DNA of 24,000 bases, taken from NCBI GenBank assembly GCA_050699635.1, contig JBOHFK010000068.1, forward strand, positions 1 to 24,000. The letters are read 5' to 3'. This DNA is from Pseudonocardiaceae bacterium (GTDB lineage: Bacteria > Actinomycetota > Actinomycetes > Mycobacteriales > Pseudonocardiaceae). The notes beneath the pieces were generated by a model that saw only the letters and a program-made list of their open reading frames with translations, searched no databases and had not been told where the DNA came from. Made by a program: the position numbers and the translations under genes. Shown piece by piece: positions 23,306-24,000 of this stretch (position 1 is its first letter; the number at the start of each line of letters is the position of its first letter).

Positions 23306-24000
23306 ATGACCGGCATTGCCTTGAGGCTTCCTTCTCCGCTCGTCGAAATCCACGACGAGCGTGTGGCGTCACGGGGTGTACGCCTGTATCTGAAGCGTGA
23401 TGACCTGATTCATGCAGAGCTGCCGGGCAATAAATGGCGCAAATTGAAGTACAACATCGGAGCTGCCAGGGACCAAGGCATCAGTACGTTGCTAACTTTT
23501 GGCGGGGCGTACTCGAATCACGTCAAGGCGACCGCGGCTGCTGGCCACTATTTTGACTTCAGCACAATCGGGGTTATTCGAGGCGAGGAGCACGTTCCCC
23601 TCAACAGTTCGCTCACGTACGCCACAAGCCACGGAATGCAGCTTACCTATATGGATCGCAGCACGTACCGAAGACAGACTGATCCGGCCGTCATCTCAGA
23701 CCTTCGGTCACGCTTCGGAGATTTCTATCTGATCCCCGAGGGTGGGAGTAACACCTTGGCGGTCGAGGGCTGCAGAGAACTAGTGGATGAAATCGATGTC
23801 GACTTCGATACCATCTGTTGCCCATGCGGAACAGGTGGCACGCTTGCAGGAATCTCGACAGGGCTTCATCGAGGCCAGCGAACCTTGGGGTTTTCTGCAC
23901 TCAAGGGAGGAGAGTTTCTGACGGACAAGGTTGCCGAGTTGCAACGGCAATCGCTCGGCACCGTTCTCGACAACTGGTCAATTGAGACCGAATTTCATTT
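23306..24000 (+). CDS. ACC deaminase / D-cysteine desulfhydrase family PLP-dependent enzyme (partial; runs off the window)
   Basis: This gene is not in the ORF track because it has no stop inside the window. I translated it by hand from the ATG at 23306: MTGIALRLPSPLVEIHDERVASRGVRLYLKRDDLIHAELPGNKWRKLKYNIGAARDQGISTLLTFGGAYSNHVKATAAAG...IRGEE...YLIPEGGSN...CPCGTGGTLAGI... No in-frame stop occurs up to 24000. Confidence 0.85.
   Translation, partial: MTGIALRLPSPLVEIHDERVASRGVRLYLKRDDLIHAELPGNKWRKLKYNIGAARDQGISTLLTFGGAYSNHVKATAAAGHYFDFSTIGVIRGEEHVPLNSSLTYATSHGMQLTYMDRSTYRRQTDPAVISDLRSRFGDFYLIPEGGSNTLAVEGCRELVDEIDVDFDTICCPCGTGGTLAGISTGLHRGQRTLGFSALKGGEFLTDKVAELQRQSLGTVLDNWSIETEFH

Noticed and set aside
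1-24000. tRNA, rRNA, CRISPR arrays, integrase/att sites, phage genes
   Set aside because: I found no T-loop/anticodon-arm-like structures, rRNA-like conserved blocks, spaced short repeats or integrase-like ORFs by eye. A tRNAscan/Infernal run would be needed to exclude small RNAs formally.

Overview
This is a high-GC (about 70%) actinobacterial chromosomal window. An SsgA-like gene suggests a sporulating or filamentous actinomycete. All family calls come from motifs I recognised by eye in the supplied translations; I ran no searches.

Gene content, left to right:
- Fpg/Nei DNA glycosylase, small membrane protein, RNHCP-domain protein, and a histidine-kinase remnant.
- DUF4142-like membrane protein and a NOX-like ferric-reductase flavocytochrome.
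- An orphan OmpR-family response regulator with a degenerate phosphorylation pocket.
- vapBC module 1, an acyl-CoA dehydrogenase, and an SsgA-like protein.
- A 569-aa protein that fuses an IS3-OrfA-like HTH to 15 exact-period 32-aa Sel1/TPR-like repeats.
- An apparently intact IS200/IS605 element (divergent tnpA and tnpB) inserted just after that gene and abutting the start codon of the next gene.
- A helical hypothetical protein, vapBC module 2, a DinB/DUF664 protein, and a twice-frameshifted FMN-reductase pseudogene.
- A BlaI/BlaR1-like repressor and M56 peptidase pair.
- A GT28 glycosyltransferase convergent with a NodB deacetylase.
- A small Gly/Asn-rich protein with a leader-like N-terminus.
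- TetR, a small hypothetical protein, gamma-glutamyltransferase, and a D-2-hydroxyacid dehydrogenase.
- A 5'-truncated regulator, followed by a clearly lower-GC ACC-deaminase/D-cysteine-desulfhydrase-family gene that runs off the window.

The region looks like a decaying, mosaic accessory neighbourhood: two TA modules, one IS element and at least four gene remnants. I do not see a multi-gene system that is clearly new.

The most unusual single loci are:
- the Gly-rich leader-bearing peptide gene;
- the HTH plus 15-repeat protein;
- the paired dyad repeats upstream of blaI;
- the composition break at about 23.25 kb.

Many long ORFs in the track are GC-driven antisense or off-frame shadows, and I rejected them.
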